Under the pieces are notes generated by a model. It was not told where the DNA came from. It was given only the letters and a program-made list of their open reading frames with translations, and did not search any database. DNA of 64,000 nt from a virus. The stretch's first letter is position 1. Each line of letters begins with the position of its first letter. Shown here piece after piece: positions 20,410 to 32,961 of this stretch. The translations under genes and the position numbers were made by a program. The stretch spans positions 14,784 through 78,783 of IMG/VR virus record IMGVR_UViG_3300035338_000016; one strand, written 5' to 3'.

Positions 20410-23325
20410 TTATAATTTATAAGAAACACCATTAGATTCAAAAGTTGCTAGTTTAGCTCTAATAATTGCTTCCTTCTGAATCTCAATTAATCTTTCCTTT
20501 TCTTCCTCTTTCTTTCTTGCAATTTTTTCTGCCCGTTTAGTAGCTAATTTAATTCTCTTGGCTTTGATTCTTTCTTCTTCTTTTCTATCTTGTTCCTGTC
20601 TCTGTAATTTCGTTTCATATACTTTAATTCCATTATCGACAGCTTTATTGTAGTTGCTTGTACCACCGATAAGATTTTTGGTAATACAGATTGAGATTGC
20701 TAATTCAAGTGAAAATTCATCATTCTCTGAGCATACTGTTTTCTGTTTACTTCCATTGGCAAATGTAACTTCTACTACTTTATTTGGAACAATCACGTTC
20801 ACATCTGCCACAACTGATCTTCTATCTTTGATTACAATAGGCGAATACATTGAAATAGGCATAGTATAAGAAAGCATTTCATTCAACCTATTCATTGACC
20901 TTTCTAGTTGATGTTTACTGGCTGCTTCAATCTGGCTATTAATTTCTGCAATACTGTTGTATCCCATAATTTTATTCTCCTTTTCAATTCCATTTAATCC
21001 ATCTAGTAATGATAGAAACTCATTTGCTCCTCTAATTCCTACTAAGTCTTGTGCTATTGAATATTTCTCTATTTGTTGCTGTTTGTCTTCTTTGCTAGTT
21101 GCCATTTTACCTCCTCATAAAATGAAAAGTTCATATTGCTTTACTCTACTTCATATTTCTTTCCCAATATCTGATATAGCTCATCGACACCATTCCCCAG
21201 ATAAAAGTATACAATGCCACCATTTGATAAAGTGATATATCCAAAATCATTAAAAACTTCATACTGTCTGTTGCTCCATTTATTGAAACATTCATTTAGT
21301 TCCGACTCATTAAATTCTTCAATGATTTCAAATTTTGTTGTTGTAGAATCGTCCTCTGAATTCTGCTTGTAAAAGGTAACACTTCCCGTGTAAGCAATTG
21401 TGACCCCATTATCATTTGTAACTAATTTGTCTAAATCTTTTTTATTTATCTTCATTTTTAAACTCCTCCATGTTGAGTGCTTTCCCCCAAAATCTAATAT
21501 ACGTTTTCATTTTATCTATTGCCTCGTTTTTTGCATCTGATAATTTAGATGATTTTAATTTACTTAACGTTAAAGGCAATTCTGGACAATGAATTATTCT
21601 AAACTCATTATTTTCATCTTCATACAGATATATTAATGAATTAAACTGACAACTTAATTCATACGCATCAAATTTAATACTTTGATTCCATTCTAATTTA
21701 TTCTCTTTACTCACTTAACTACCACCTCCCATGAAATTACTCTTCTAATAACTTCCCTATGTTAATCTTAAATCTGTCACATGCATTAATTAATTCCCTT
21801 GCAGTCATCCATGTGTTGTACCAAATCGAGAAATGATCCTCATTTACAGATAAATGTACAAAAAACTTGTCTGATTTCTGATTTTTAATAGTATGTTGGA
21901 TTCCAATAATTTTGCCTACATACTCTTCTCTGTTTTTTATAACTACAAATGTATTTTCTTCTAATGATGCTCCCTTAAAGAAATTATCTGCCAATCTTAC
22001 ATCGGTATAGCAGTTGTCGCATAATTTAACACCGTTATATTCTTTTGTAACTAATGCAGCATTGCATCTTGGGCATACATTTTTCATAATTCACCTCAAT
22101 CCACAATTTCAGTTTCAAGCTTAATAACTCTAATTGATGCAATCATACTTACAAGCTCATCAATAGATTCAAGTTCTAAATCTATACCATAACCTGTACC
22201 GTCATAAAATTCGGCAGTCATTTGCCCATCTTTTTTCAGGAAACCATTTTCACCATCTTCAAACATCCCTTGTAAATCATCTCTAAGCGACTCTATTTGG
22301 TCGAAGAAACAAGAAGACCAGTGACCTTTAGTAGTATACTCTATAGTTAAATACTTTCTAAAATCATCTTCTGCTACAAATAACACTTCATATGCGACCT
22401 TATATTCTACATTCATACAATGATCGACATATGAATCAGTAACGGTTGCCAACTGTGAACTATGATTTTTAACATAATAGGGAATGTAATAATCCGTGGC
22501 AAATTTTAAATCTTTCCCGTCTGCATATGTCCTGCTCCTCTGACAAAGTTGAACATCTTCTCGTAACTTGTCAAAAATATATGTATTGTTGTTTTCCTTG
22601 TCCTTTTTAAAGTATGAGACAATTTTCCCATCAGATTCAATACTACCTACAAATGATCCATGTCTATCGCCATTCCATGTATGACCATCCTGAACTGTAA
22701 TAAGAACAGTATTTTCTAATCCTGTGTAATCAGGAATATCAAAATACGAGCATGTTTCAATTTCTTTTCCCATTTTCTTTATTCTCCTTTACTATTTTTG
22801 AAAGACACAATTCATCGGTTATTTTTCAACTAATTCAAATTCATAACCTAACTCTTCCTCAACTTGAGTATGTGTCATTTTTACGGGGGATAGAGCTTTC
22901 CAATAATCTATTGCGAAAATATCATTTACATATGTAAAAGCATCCGCATCCCAAAGTTGTTTATCTTCTTCATGAAACCCAAACTTTACAGAATACCTCA
23001 TATCACTAGCTATATACGTCTTACCCGTTTTAGCTGCTTCATTCATCATTTCTAGTGTTGTCATTTAGTATTCTCCTTTCAATCAATTTCATTTCTGGTT
23101 ATCAGCATATCCATTCCTATAATAATCTCTTAATCTGTAAACGCCATCTTTGTATTGAATAACTGGTGTACATAAATCTCTACATGTATCACATACTTCA
23201 AGTTCATGCTCTTTATATTTATAGTTGCGACAATTACTATTTGCTACAGAAATTTTAATTGTGTTTAATTTACCAAATGATGATTCCTTCCCACAAAGAT
23301 CGCAAAAGTATCTTGTTTGTACCAT
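20410..23325 (-). other. Cluster of hypothetical CDS
   Basis: 20410-21105 (coiled coil), 21141-21455, 21442-21714, 21737-22087, 22096-22773, 22819-23064, 23089-23325 (CDLC/CDTC motifs). Confidence 0.75.
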
Positions 23326-23379
23326 AACTCCCCTCCGTTTTAGTTTAAAATGTTCGATTTATTGGTTTTGAATATGTAA

Positions 23380-23694
23380 TTAACTAAAAACCGTTAATGG
23401 GAATGCAATTGATTCATCAACAATTAATGTTTTAATAATCCTAACACCCTTTTGTTCTAACCCATCGTATATTACTGCCCCAAGACCATGACTATCTAAC
23501 ACGACTTCATGGGTTTGGTGATATATAATTTTATTGCCATCTTTAATAATTGGTAACATTACCAGTTTATAAATATGGTCAACAGCAGATTGTGTATTGT
23601 TTTCGCTGAGTTTAAGAAAATAGTTTTCTTTCCAAATTTCACATACAACCTCACCTTTTCTACCAAAGGTTGGGTTAATAATAATTCTTTCCAT
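23380..23694 (-). CDS. Small protein resembling part of the large-terminase nuclease domain
   Basis: HEVVLDSHGLGAVIYDGL resembles the LVLDxxGxGxGVYDxL segment of SPbeta-type terminases. Confidence 0.45.
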   Translation of the reverse strand: MERIIINPTFGRKGEVVCEIWKENYFLKLSENNTQSAVDHIYKLVMLPIIKDGNKIIYHQTHEVVLDSHGLGAVIYDGLEQKGVRIIKTLIVDESIAFPLTVFS

Positions 23695-23726
23695 ATTATC
23701 TCACTCCTTAATAAATTGTATTGAAG

Positions 23727-23897
23727 TTATTCACCATCTGTAAATTGAACATTCCAAGGAGATACTGTTGTACATTCTCCATTCCCAAATTCCACAACTG
23801 CATTTCCTTCCTCTTTTGTAAACAGATGAAACAACGCAGCTCTTTTTTCACTACCATAGTTTACAATACAAGTTCTCAATTTTGGCTTTTCATCCAT
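23727..23897 (-). CDS. 56-aa conserved-type phage protein
   Basis: Not in track; GGAG SD; MDESQKLRTC...ALFHLF...AVVEFGNG...VSPWNVQFTDGE. Confidence 0.6.
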   Translation of the reverse strand: MDEKPKLRTCIVNYGSEKRAALFHLFTKEEGNAVVEFGNGECTTVSPWNVQFTDGE

Positions 23898-23937
23898 GTA
23901 ATACTTCTCCTTTTATCTATGTAAAATCAACTTTTTA

Positions 23938-24327
23938 TTATCTCTTATTTTTACTTGTATCTGAAGTTTTGATTTTTATTGTAAATGTACTCATCACCAC
24001 AAATAATATAATATATGTCCACACTCCTATGATATCGAAACCATCAATAAACCTATCCATCAATAATAGTTCAATTAAATTTAATGCTGGTGCTAAAATT
24101 ACGCACATTATTAATGGAAAACATCCTACAACCATCGGTGTTGTTAGTGCAGAAATCATCAACACCCAACCGTACAACATATCAAAAACAATTGGAATAA
24201 CAGATACAAGTATTAATGTCTCGATTCCAGTAATCTGAATATTACTTGGAAAATAGGTCATACCAACCCATAGCATTGCATATGTTACAATAAATTTTAA
24301 TATTTTCCTCACCCAAATCCTCCCCAT
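23938..24327 (-). CDS. Four-TM membrane protein, YvlD/phage holin family 4-like
   Basis: Four hydrophobic segments; ALNLIELLLMDRFIDGFDIIGVW resembles the family motif. Confidence 0.5.
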   Translation of the reverse strand: MGRIWVRKILKFIVTYAMLWVGMTYFPSNIQITGIETLILVSVIPIVFDMLYGWVLMISALTTPMVVGCFPLIMCVILAPALNLIELLLMDRFIDGFDIIGVWTYIILFVVMSTFTIKIKTSDTSKNKR

Positions 24328-24379
24328 ATCAACTTTTTGCTAACATTTTTAGTCCTAAAATTATTTGATTTATATAACC

Positions 24380-26111
24380 TTAATCTAATAAAGCAGCAAT
24401 GCTATCCAGCTCTAACTCTGTCTTTTTATCATCGGAAAGCATTTTAGTTAATTTTGATTCAAGAGTTTTTAACTCAACTTCTTCCCGTTTAATATTATTC
24501 ACGAACATTTTATTCTTAATATCCAAAATCCATGAGTCAACAGAGTACCCACAAATTGGCGGAACTTCAATTCTAAGATCATTTGCAGACAAGACATGCA
24601 TATTCAATTTAATCATTAAGGTAACAAGCATATCCTCACTTAAAACGTTTAAGTTGTATGTATTTCCATCAAGTTCAAGAATACAATTTGTTTCTGGTAT
24701 GAATTTAGTTTTAATTTCTGTGAGACGTTTCTTTTTATCCTCTACCTGTTTTTTCAATTCAATAATTCTACTATCATTGTTCATCGCCATAATATAAACT
24801 CCTTCCATATAACTTACCGTTTTCCAAATATTCTTCTTTATAACAAGGTTGTAATCTCTCATATATCTCTTCAATTGTGCAAGGAATAAACTGCTTCTCT
24901 ATTCCTTTTCTTCTCCAACCATAAGCATATTCAACTTCAACATCTTCAAAATTAAAACGTCCATAATAATCCTTGTTGATTGTTTCGACTTCACTTGAAT
25001 AAACATTGTAAGGCTTTACTGTAAAAAGACCTATTTCTTTATCAACAGAAATATTGTACCTAAAATACTCATTGCGGCTATTAGGATAGTTAAAATAAGA
25101 TTCATATGGCATATATGGTCTTTCATTTTCAGTACCCTCATAGTAAAACTTTCTGGTTTCAACAAATCTTTTAAATTCATCAAAAGTATAGCGAATCAGT
25201 TTTTCTTTTGTTTTGTCAATTGGTGAAAAATCAGAGCAACATAACATTTTTTCATAAATATTAGCGTATTCTTCATTGCACTTTGAATTTGTACATTGAA
25301 TAAACTTTCCCGAAATACTTTTAACTTTTTCAAACACCCATCTAAATTTTGTTTTAGAATATATACATTCACCATTCACATATGTATAATCAAAGTATTT
25401 ATAAGCAAACCAAAAGTATTTGCCATATAGTAAGCTCACATTTTTATAGTCGGATCTCTTCATATATCCCCTGTTATAGTTCTCTGGCACATCTGACCAC
25501 TTCTTTGAAGTTTTAATTTCACCATTACTTGTCCACTGATACCCTGAAGAATAATAATCAAATTTGCCCATGTAAGTTCTTTCTTCGTTGCTCTTTGTAA
25601 GATATGTAGCCCCAATAATTAAATCACTTGCTTTGATTTTTTCATTAGAATGAATCAAAGAGTTATATGTCTCCATTTCCTTGTAATCTGGTGACTCTGT
25701 TGGAATAAGAATTAAATCTTTACCATCCCATCCATAAACAAAATCTCCTTCTAACCCCTTACCTTTAATTGAATTTGTATTTTCCAGTATGTAAAGTAGG
25801 TTCTCAATTGTAATTTCAAATTCAAAATTGCGTGGATCATAAATTCTGCAATATGCTTGTCTATGATTCCAGCCAGAATCGTAGTCACCAACTTTTTTAT
25901 TCAGTACAAATCCAGACGTGGGAATATTATCAAATTCATTATTAGGAATTTTATCATCTCTCCAACTAGACCATGAAGCTTCTTTACGCAGTTTTCCTTT
26001 TTCATCGTAATAAATAACATAAGCCAGCTTACCAGTATAAGTACCTGATCTTTTCTGATATCCTACATTTACTTTCTTCGGTATAAAAATATTGCTTTTC
26101 AACCACTTCAC
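24380..26111 (-). other. Two overlapping conserved hypothetical CDS (24380-24874, likely start 24790; 24774-26111, likely TTG start just after the SD)
   Basis: ORF track and SD positions. Confidence 0.75.
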
Positions 26112-26130
26112 CTCCTATAAAATGCGAGAT

Positions 26131-26460
26131 TTATTTTGTAATCCCAAATGCTGTAATATCTAAATCATCAATCACTAAAATACCTTCTTCGTTTCTGTGC
26201 GACTTAATTACATTACAGTCAGTTCCACCATAAAACAACATTCCATCTAATCTAACTTTATCCCAACCTTTTATGTAATCAGCGTTAGTTACAACACCTA
26301 CAACCACATCACTGTCACCAGTTTTATCAATAATCGGTTTCCCTTTATATGTATTTATAGAATTTAAAATTGCCTCTTCAGTATAAATAATTCCGTTTCC
26401 ATCTGGTTTATTAATTGGAATTGGAACTGTAAATTTAACACCAATATTTTTACACCTCAT
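26131..26460 (-). CDS. Hypothetical phage protein
   Basis: 109-aa ORF with SD. Confidence 0.65.
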   Translation of the reverse strand: MRCKNIGVKFTVPIPINKPDGNGIIYTEEAILNSINTYKGKPIIDKTGDSDVVVGVVTNADYIKGWDKVRLDGMLFYGGTDCNVIKSHRNEEGILVIDDLDITAFGITK

Positions 26461-26462
26461 TT

Positions 26463-26885
26463 TTATTCCTCCTTTGAATGCGTGGATTCAATTAACTCTG
26501 GATTATCGTGGATGTTACCGATGATTTCTCCCTGTGATATTAACACGTTGAAATTACTGCAATCAGACTCGCTAATATCACCATCTTTAAAACATTGATA
26601 CAATCCATCTTCGCAAGGAATTGATAGCCAACAGCCATTGTTTTCTGAATATTCAATGATTCCTAATCCATTCCATTTATCCTTGATAATATCCCCTTCA
26701 AAAATCTTAAACCCATTCTTATCGGTCAGCCCCGTCCATTGCCCGACGGTTTTTTTAAAAACATATGAATCAATACCATTTGCCAAGTCTACAATTCTAT
26801 AAGGGTCAGTAGTTATTAAATCTCCATAGACCCATTTAGAATCTTCAAAACCAATCGTTTTCCCCCTAAACAAAATATCACGCAT
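26463..26885 (-). CDS. YopX family protein
   Basis: MRDILFRGK, WVYGDL, TVGQWTGLTDKNG.KIFEGDII, IIGNIHDNPEL. Confidence 0.95.
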   Translation of the reverse strand: MRDILFRGKTIGFEDSKWVYGDLITTDPYRIVDLANGIDSYVFKKTVGQWTGLTDKNGFKIFEGDIIKDKWNGLGIIEYSENNGCWLSIPCEDGLYQCFKDGDISESDCSNFNVLISQGEIIGNIHDNPELIESTHSKEE

Positions 26886-26916
26886 GGTTATCCCCTCTTC
26901 CTATTAAATCGTGATT

Positions 26917-28260
26917 TCAAACGATATTTCCTTCTTCAAATCTTTTAAGTTCAATTTCGCTCATAGGTCTCATAACTTCAATCAATTTGCTTTCCACTAA
27001 CCACATGTCACCATTTTTATCTTTAATTACAGTCTTATTATTGGGAGCAAAATGCTCAATAACCCCTAACACTGATTTAGAACAACCAAATCTTTCTTCT
27101 CTCTCACCTGAATTAATATAAAAAGAAACATAATATTTTTTGTTTTCACATCCATACATGTGATTAACCATTGCTCCATTTGTAGCTTGTTCTAGTGTTT
27201 TAATTTCCATTTATTTTATTTACCTCCAACCCTGCAACATAGTTTAGACTTCACAATTATAAAATTCTACTTTGCTTCCGATATCCTCAACGTTAACATA
27301 GCATTCTTCATTTAATTCTATTGAGTGATTAGTAATAGCCCTCACTAAATACCATCCGGAAAAGTAACTATTTACTTTGTCAATTACATACACTGGTCTG
27401 TTTATCTTATTTCTCAAATTATCAACAGATAATTTATTCTGCTCTATTGAATCTTCAATCTTTCCCAACTTCTGGACACACTCCACTTTACTACTTAAAG
27501 CAGTATAGCTAGCACCATCAAAATAAGTTAATCGTTCCATATTATCCTCCTCAAAATATCTATTCTATCTATTATTTTCATCTCTTAAATCTCAATTATT
27601 CTTTCATCATCGTTCAAGAAGTCAATATATTTTTTGATAATTTCAGGAGTGATCTCTTCTTCTGTTTTGAAACAGTTACCAATTTTGTATAACAATAAAT
27701 CAAGATGTTCATTTGACCAGATAAAATAGTTAACTTCGCCATATCCATCTACACAATAATAACTTTCATTTTCTTTTGGTTTCCAAGGGATCTTCTTGAT
27801 TTTTATATTTCCTAACAATAAATCAATCAGTAATTCATCTCTTCGTGTACCTCCATAAGTAGAAAATAATCCTTCTTTGTAGATAACATAACTATTTGTA
27901 CCAGATATATTTTCAAAGACTTCTCCCAATTCAACACCTAACATTTTTGCAACTTGTTCCATATAGTTCAAATAATCACTCTCCTACCTGTATCCATAAT
28001 TTACGTTTACCCCATTTAACCTCAAAGAAAGTTACTTCATTCAATGATATACATAGTTCCGGACGATTCTTTCGGACTTCTCTCTTTGAGCTTATCAAAC
28101 CAATATCAATCATAATTTGAGGAAAATATCTCTCATTAGTAAAATGTGTTTTCTCTAATTCATTTCTCATCCAATCATCCATATCTAACCCAAATAAAAA
28201 TTCTGGTGAATATACTGGTTTACCTATGACTATATTTTCTATGTATCGTATATCAATCAC
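26917..28260 (-). other. Four hypothetical CDS (26917-27210, 27244-27540, 27585-27971, 27976-28260)
   Basis: ORF track and SD sites; the last probably starts at ATA 28251. Confidence 0.7.
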
Positions 28261-28333
28261 CTCAAACAGTGGTCTTACTGAGAGAATACCACTTCCCGTA
28301 TTGCCACCAAATCACGCCACAAGTGAACGAATT

Positions 28334-28696
28334 TCACAAGGGTATTCTGGCAGGGATATGTCTATATTGTTTTTCTATATTTCGTATTTCTGTAAGTTCA
28401 ACTTTTCTTCCTTCGTCAATAATTTTATCTATTAATTTATCTGCTTTTATGGTTGTTTTATTACGGCTTATCAAGATATCATAAGCACCATACATACAAT
28501 AACTGTAATAGACACTCGGAACTACATATCCAAATTTACACTTTCGTATTTCTTCATAGAAGGCGCAGCTCTTCGAATTCAAATATGTTTCTTGTATTAG
28601 GCAAAGAATAAAATTCAACTGAAGATTGTTTATTACACATTCATCATCTATACACTTATTGATGATGTAGTTAGCAAGTGATTTTGCAGAATACAT
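28334..28696 (-). CDS. Orphan Panacea (DUF4065/SocA-like) antitoxin-domain protein
   Basis: YSAKSLANYII, INNLQLNFIL and GYVVPSVY match the IANY/TNLKLQKLLY/GPVVPSVY pattern; no adjacent toxin. Confidence 0.7.
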   Translation of the reverse strand: MYSAKSLANYIINKCIDDECVINNLQLNFILCLIQETYLNSKSCAFYEEIRKCKFGYVVPSVYYSYCMYGAYDILISRNKTTIKADKLIDKIIDEGRKVELTEIRNIEKQYRHIPARIPL

Positions 28697-28724
28697 TTGC
28701 TCCTCCTATCATGAAATCACAGTT

Positions 28725-30268
28725 TCAACCGTCTCCGTTTGTTTTAGGAATACTTAACCATTCCGCAAATTCATTAGTGCATTCTTCGCATAAATCCATC
28801 TTTCCGTAAAACTCAAAGTCTCTATATTCAGGATGTGGTTCACCATCTCTTTCTCTATAAATAATTTCATCAATGTTATTAATAAACTTTTTTATTAAAC
28901 CTTTGAATTTAAATGTTATACCGTGTTTATGTACTGCCTTACCACATCTATCACAAGCTTTACTCATTTAATCACCTTCTCAACAATTCATATTTAGTAA
29001 ACATATATTAGCCGGACATCCGTCACAGTCCACATATTCACCTTGTTCTTCTAATTCATTACATCTATTAATTGCGTCCTCAATGGATTTAGAATTTTTA
29101 ATTACGTAATATTCATTAGAGTTTAATAACTTAACAGCTTTGTCAATTTCGTTTTCTCTGTCTGGGATGTCATATGTAAGTTCAAAAATATCTGGATTAC
29201 AAGGAGAGATTTCTCCATTTCTGCGAAGAATAACATAATCTCCGACCTTAATAAGTTTTCTACCTTTTGCTGTTTTTACAAATAAATCAACAGGCGGTTC
29301 TTCTTCAATCAATCCTTCATATCCATAAAATAACTTTCCGGTCTTATAAGCTTGTACCGCCCAATCTGGTACACACCAATCACCATTAGTCATTAGGTCG
29401 CCATCATACTTGAATGCTTCAATCTCTACCGGTTTCTTTCTGTATTTCGCCATTGTTAGTTTTCCTCCATTTTATAACTCACTTATTTCTACAGCACTCA
29501 CATCAAATGCATTAAATAAAATCTCAGATGTTTTATCTAAATTGTATATTGTCCTAAAGCATCTTGATCCTGATGGTATGTGTGATACAGAAAATAATAT
29601 TTTAAATATACTTTCACTCTTATCAATACCACTTTCATACATACCTTCAATAATGTTCCCATTTTGCAAAAATATTTTAATGTACCACCTATACATACGA
29701 TTGTTTCCTTTCATAAAATTGTGCTTTCGACGGTATGTATGTATTATTTGCTATTAATATTTTCTAAAAGTGCTTTTAGATTACCAAGCAAATATAAACA
29801 ACATTCGATTTCATAGTCAGATAATTTTTGCTTTGGATTTTTAAATCCAATCCTTTGATAAATATACCCATGAGTAGGTGAATACCCATATTCACAATCT
29901 GCTCTCTGATCAAATCCCGCATATTTTTTTTGACCAATATATCTATTGCTTAAATATTCACACCCATTTATTAAATCTTTTTTGGCATCTCTAACTAAGT
30001 CTTCATATATCATAGAATATGTTTTTCTTTGAGTATAATAATCTTGTGAAAATGGAAATTCGATTTTTAAAATTTTTAAACCCAATTCAAACTTATCAGT
30101 GTCAATATTTTTATCCAACAACCTAATATTATCATTTATGGATTTAATCCTTTGCTGGTATCCCTTACAATATTCGGTATAATCTCTAGTTTTGGTTTCG
30201 TACTCTGATTGTTCTTTTAATAATTCTCTATTTAATTCTAACAATGTCATGATCTCTCTCCTTTTCAT
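28725..30268 (-). other. Four hypothetical CDS (28725-28967, 28980-29453, 29472-29714, 29744-30268)
   Basis: 28980-29453 has the common phage N-terminus KYRKKPVEIEAF. Confidence 0.7.
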
Positions 30269-30295
30269 TTACGTTGAAATGTTGTTTTCGTCGGA

Positions 30296-31036
30296 TTATT
30301 CAAGCCATTTGTTCTTAGCATAAACGAATGCAAATACACAAATTCCAATAAATATTGTCCATACTACCCAGAATAAAATTGAACCCCAATTTGAATTATA
30401 AATATCTTCTACATCTTTAATTGTTTTGTCTTTATAAAATGTAGTGTCGTTTATCGTATTATTTTTTAACAATGCAAAAACTGTTCCAGTGTGTTTAATT
30501 GCTGTTCCATAATACTTATATCTAATGTGAGAAGATTCTTTAATTGTATTGATGTATTCGGTTGGCGGTGGATTAATTTTGTTGCTATCAAATTTCACAT
30601 CACAGAAAGAAATATTCTTGCATTTTAAACTATCTGTTCCTACCGTATCCCATGTCCAATATGTTTGTGTGTGATAAGTCTTTCCGGTTTTTACTAATCT
30701 TGTATGCATGGTATATCTTTGTTTTACTTTTTCGACATACATATATTTGCCGCCGATTTCAGGATATGTAACCGTATCAACAGCCTTCAATTCTCCATAG
30801 GTGACTGCATAGCCTATGTTCGTATCAACTCCGTACCGGAATAGCTCTTTGTCATTTATCTTCACTGCCTTATTATATTTTTCCACTTCATCAATATGGT
30901 GTTCGGAAATTTTAGATGAAACCAGAAACCCTACAAGAAATAGAATTGCTACAATGGATACACTTGCTAAAATTTCACGTTTTGTTATCTCAAAGTTTCT
31001 AAATTTAAGTCCTCTCATATATCTTCTCCTTATCAT
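30296..31036 (-). CDS. Two-TM membrane protein coupled to LemA
   Basis: N- and C-terminal TM helices; overlaps the lemA stop codon. Confidence 0.7.
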   Translation of the reverse strand: MIRRRYMRGLKFRNFEITKREILASVSIVAILFLVGFLVSSKISEHHIDEVEKYNKAVKINDKELFRYGVDTNIGYAVTYGELKAVDTVTYPEIGGKYMYVEKVKQRYTMHTRLVKTGKTYHTQTYWTWDTVGTDSLKCKNISFCDVKFDSNKINPPPTEYINTIKESSHIRYKYYGTAIKHTGTVFALLKNNTINDTTFYKDKTIKDVEDIYNSNWGSILFWVVWTIFIGICVFAFVYAKNKWLE

Positions 31037-31578
31037 TCAGCAAATAATTCTTGGGGAGCTGTTTCGGGAGCGTCAAAATCTAAATATGTATAATCTTGAA
31101 TCTCATAACCAAGAAAACTCAAAAACAATCTTGCTGGGAACTTACGAACATATCTGTTGTATTCCTTGATTTGTTTGTTATAGTTACTTCTATATTCGGC
31201 AATCATGTTCTCGGTCATTGACAATTCAGTCATCAATTGTTTGTAATTTTCATTGCTTTTTAATTCAGGATAAGCTTCACTGACTGCCGTAATAGCCATA
31301 CTTACATTTTCAATATCTCCGGTAGAACCTCTACCTTCTACTACGTTTTTTAATGTATCTGCTTCATGCTTGTCATACTGCTTCACACAATCTGCAAGAT
31401 TATATACTAAGTCAACTCTACGCTTTTCTTGTACCTTAATATCTGCACTAGCTGTCTGAACTTGTTCTTCTAATACAAAGGCTTTATTCTGAGATCCTTG
31501 AACACCAAATACTACCGCTAAGAATACTGCGATAATACCTACCAAAATAATTAAACCTAGTTTCACATTTCTTTTCAT
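31033..31578 (-). CDS. lemA: LemA family protein
   Basis: N-terminal TM, QEKRRVDLVYNL, VSEAYPELKSNENY, YNKQIKEYNRYVRKFP. Confidence 0.92.
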   Translation of the reverse strand: MKRNVKLGLIILVGIIAVFLAVVFGVQGSQNKAFVLEEQVQTASADIKVQEKRRVDLVYNLADCVKQYDKHEADTLKNVVEGRGSTGDIENVSMAITAVSEAYPELKSNENYKQLMTELSMTENMIAEYRSNYNKQIKEYNRYVRKFPARLFLSFLGYEIQDYTYLDFDAPETAPQELFAE

Positions 31579-31610
31579 AATTCATCCTCCTAATTTTTTA
31601 CTTCGTTTGT

Positions 31611-32075
31611 TTAAATTTCGCATTCTAAATATATTGTTTTTTCGTTCTTCAAGCCATTAATGTCTGGATAATAAGGAATCAAACATGGTCTGCAAATATT
31701 GTCTTTAATATCTATATCAACTGATGAATCTACAATGATATCATTAAATTTATTTCCTCTTGCAGACTCACTAGCCGGTAAAAACTTAAAGCGACTTCCA
31801 TTTTTAAATTTAATTTCTAAATCTGTTGGTGAAACCCTAAATCTTTCAATGTGATTATTAATTCTAAGTTCATCGGAAATTCTTTCAAGGATACATTCAA
31901 CCGTATATCTTTTTACAGAAAAACTAAATAATCCTACTCGGTAACGTTCTTTTGTAATGCATCTCATTATTTGCCTACTAATTGCTGCTTGTAAAAATTC
32001 TCTATTAATTATTCTAATTTGTGATTCATCCATGATATCTTCCCTCCTACTTTGTCTGAATAAAACTACAATCAT
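31611..32075 (-). CDS. Second truncated terminase-ATPase-subdomain-like protein
   Basis: EIKFKNGSRFKFLPASESARGNKFNDIIVDS. Confidence 0.55.
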   Translation of the reverse strand: MIVVLFRQSRREDIMDESQIRIINREFLQAAISRQIMRCITKERYRVGLFSFSVKRYTVECILERISDELRINNHIERFRVSPTDLEIKFKNGSRFKFLPASESARGNKFNDIIVDSSVDIDIKDNICRPCLIPYYPDINGLKNEKTIYLECEI

Positions 32076-32677
32076 TCAAATTCAATACATATTGCTTTTC
32101 TACTTCTTCGTCGTTTTCTTTTACAATATCAGTGACAAGAATCACATTTTTCTTATCAACTTGCTCAAATTTTGCATCATGTAATATTAAATACTTAAAT
32201 TCAAATTCTTTTCCATCTTTATAAACATATAAAATAGTTGGCTTCAAAAGCCCATAATAAAAGTTATCAATATCACCTTTATTTTTATATGTAATTTCGC
32301 CAACTACGTAGTTTTCAATTATCCTATGTAATTTATCATTGTCTTCAGTTAATTTCTTTAAATCGCCTTCAAGTTCATAACAGCGTTCTACTACTTTATC
32401 CAATCTTATATCTTCTACTTTTCTAAAGTTTAAAAATTCAAACATTTTATATCATCCTTTCTCCAATTAAAATTCATGATTCAACTGCCAATTACCACTT
32501 ATTAAAATGTTTATTAATTGTACTGCTTGCCTTTCTATAAACAAGTAATTGAATCAGTAACAGCAATCCACCAAGCACAAATAAAATAGTTGGCACAGAA
32601 TTAGGGATAATAAACCACCCATTCGCCATAACAATCTTTGCTGCTACTCCTAATAAAATCATAATAATTCCTAACAT
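32047..32677 (-). other. Two hypothetical CDS (32047-32445; 32492-32677 membrane peptide)
   Basis: ORF track and SD sites. Confidence 0.65.
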
Positions 32678-32705
32678 AATTTCTCCTCCTTTTGAAATTT
32701 ATCTT

Positions 32706-32942
32706 TTATCTCATCCAATGTCCATAAGCCCAATGACCTATTATTTTTCCACAATTCTTACACTGACAGTCATATTCTAAACACGTACTTCCCATCATGT
32801 TATCTAAATAATCGTGGTTACAATCTTCTAAATCAGAACACCCACAAGTACATCTCAAGGGCTCGTATTCTTTTGATATATACTTTAATTTAATTAATAG
32901 CCAATCTTTTATTTTGTACTTTAATTCTCTTAAAATGTAAAT
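32706..32942 (-). CDS. 78-aa Cys-rich protein with probable ATT start
   Basis: GAGGAG SD 8 nt before ATT; CTCGC and CKNCG motifs; not in track. Confidence 0.55.
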   Translation of the reverse strand: MYILRELKYKIKDWLLIKLKYISKEYEPLRCTCGCSDLEDCNHDYLDNMMGSTCLEYDCQCKNCGKIIGHWAYGHWMR

Positions 32943-32961
32943 TTGAGTAACTCCTCTCCCA

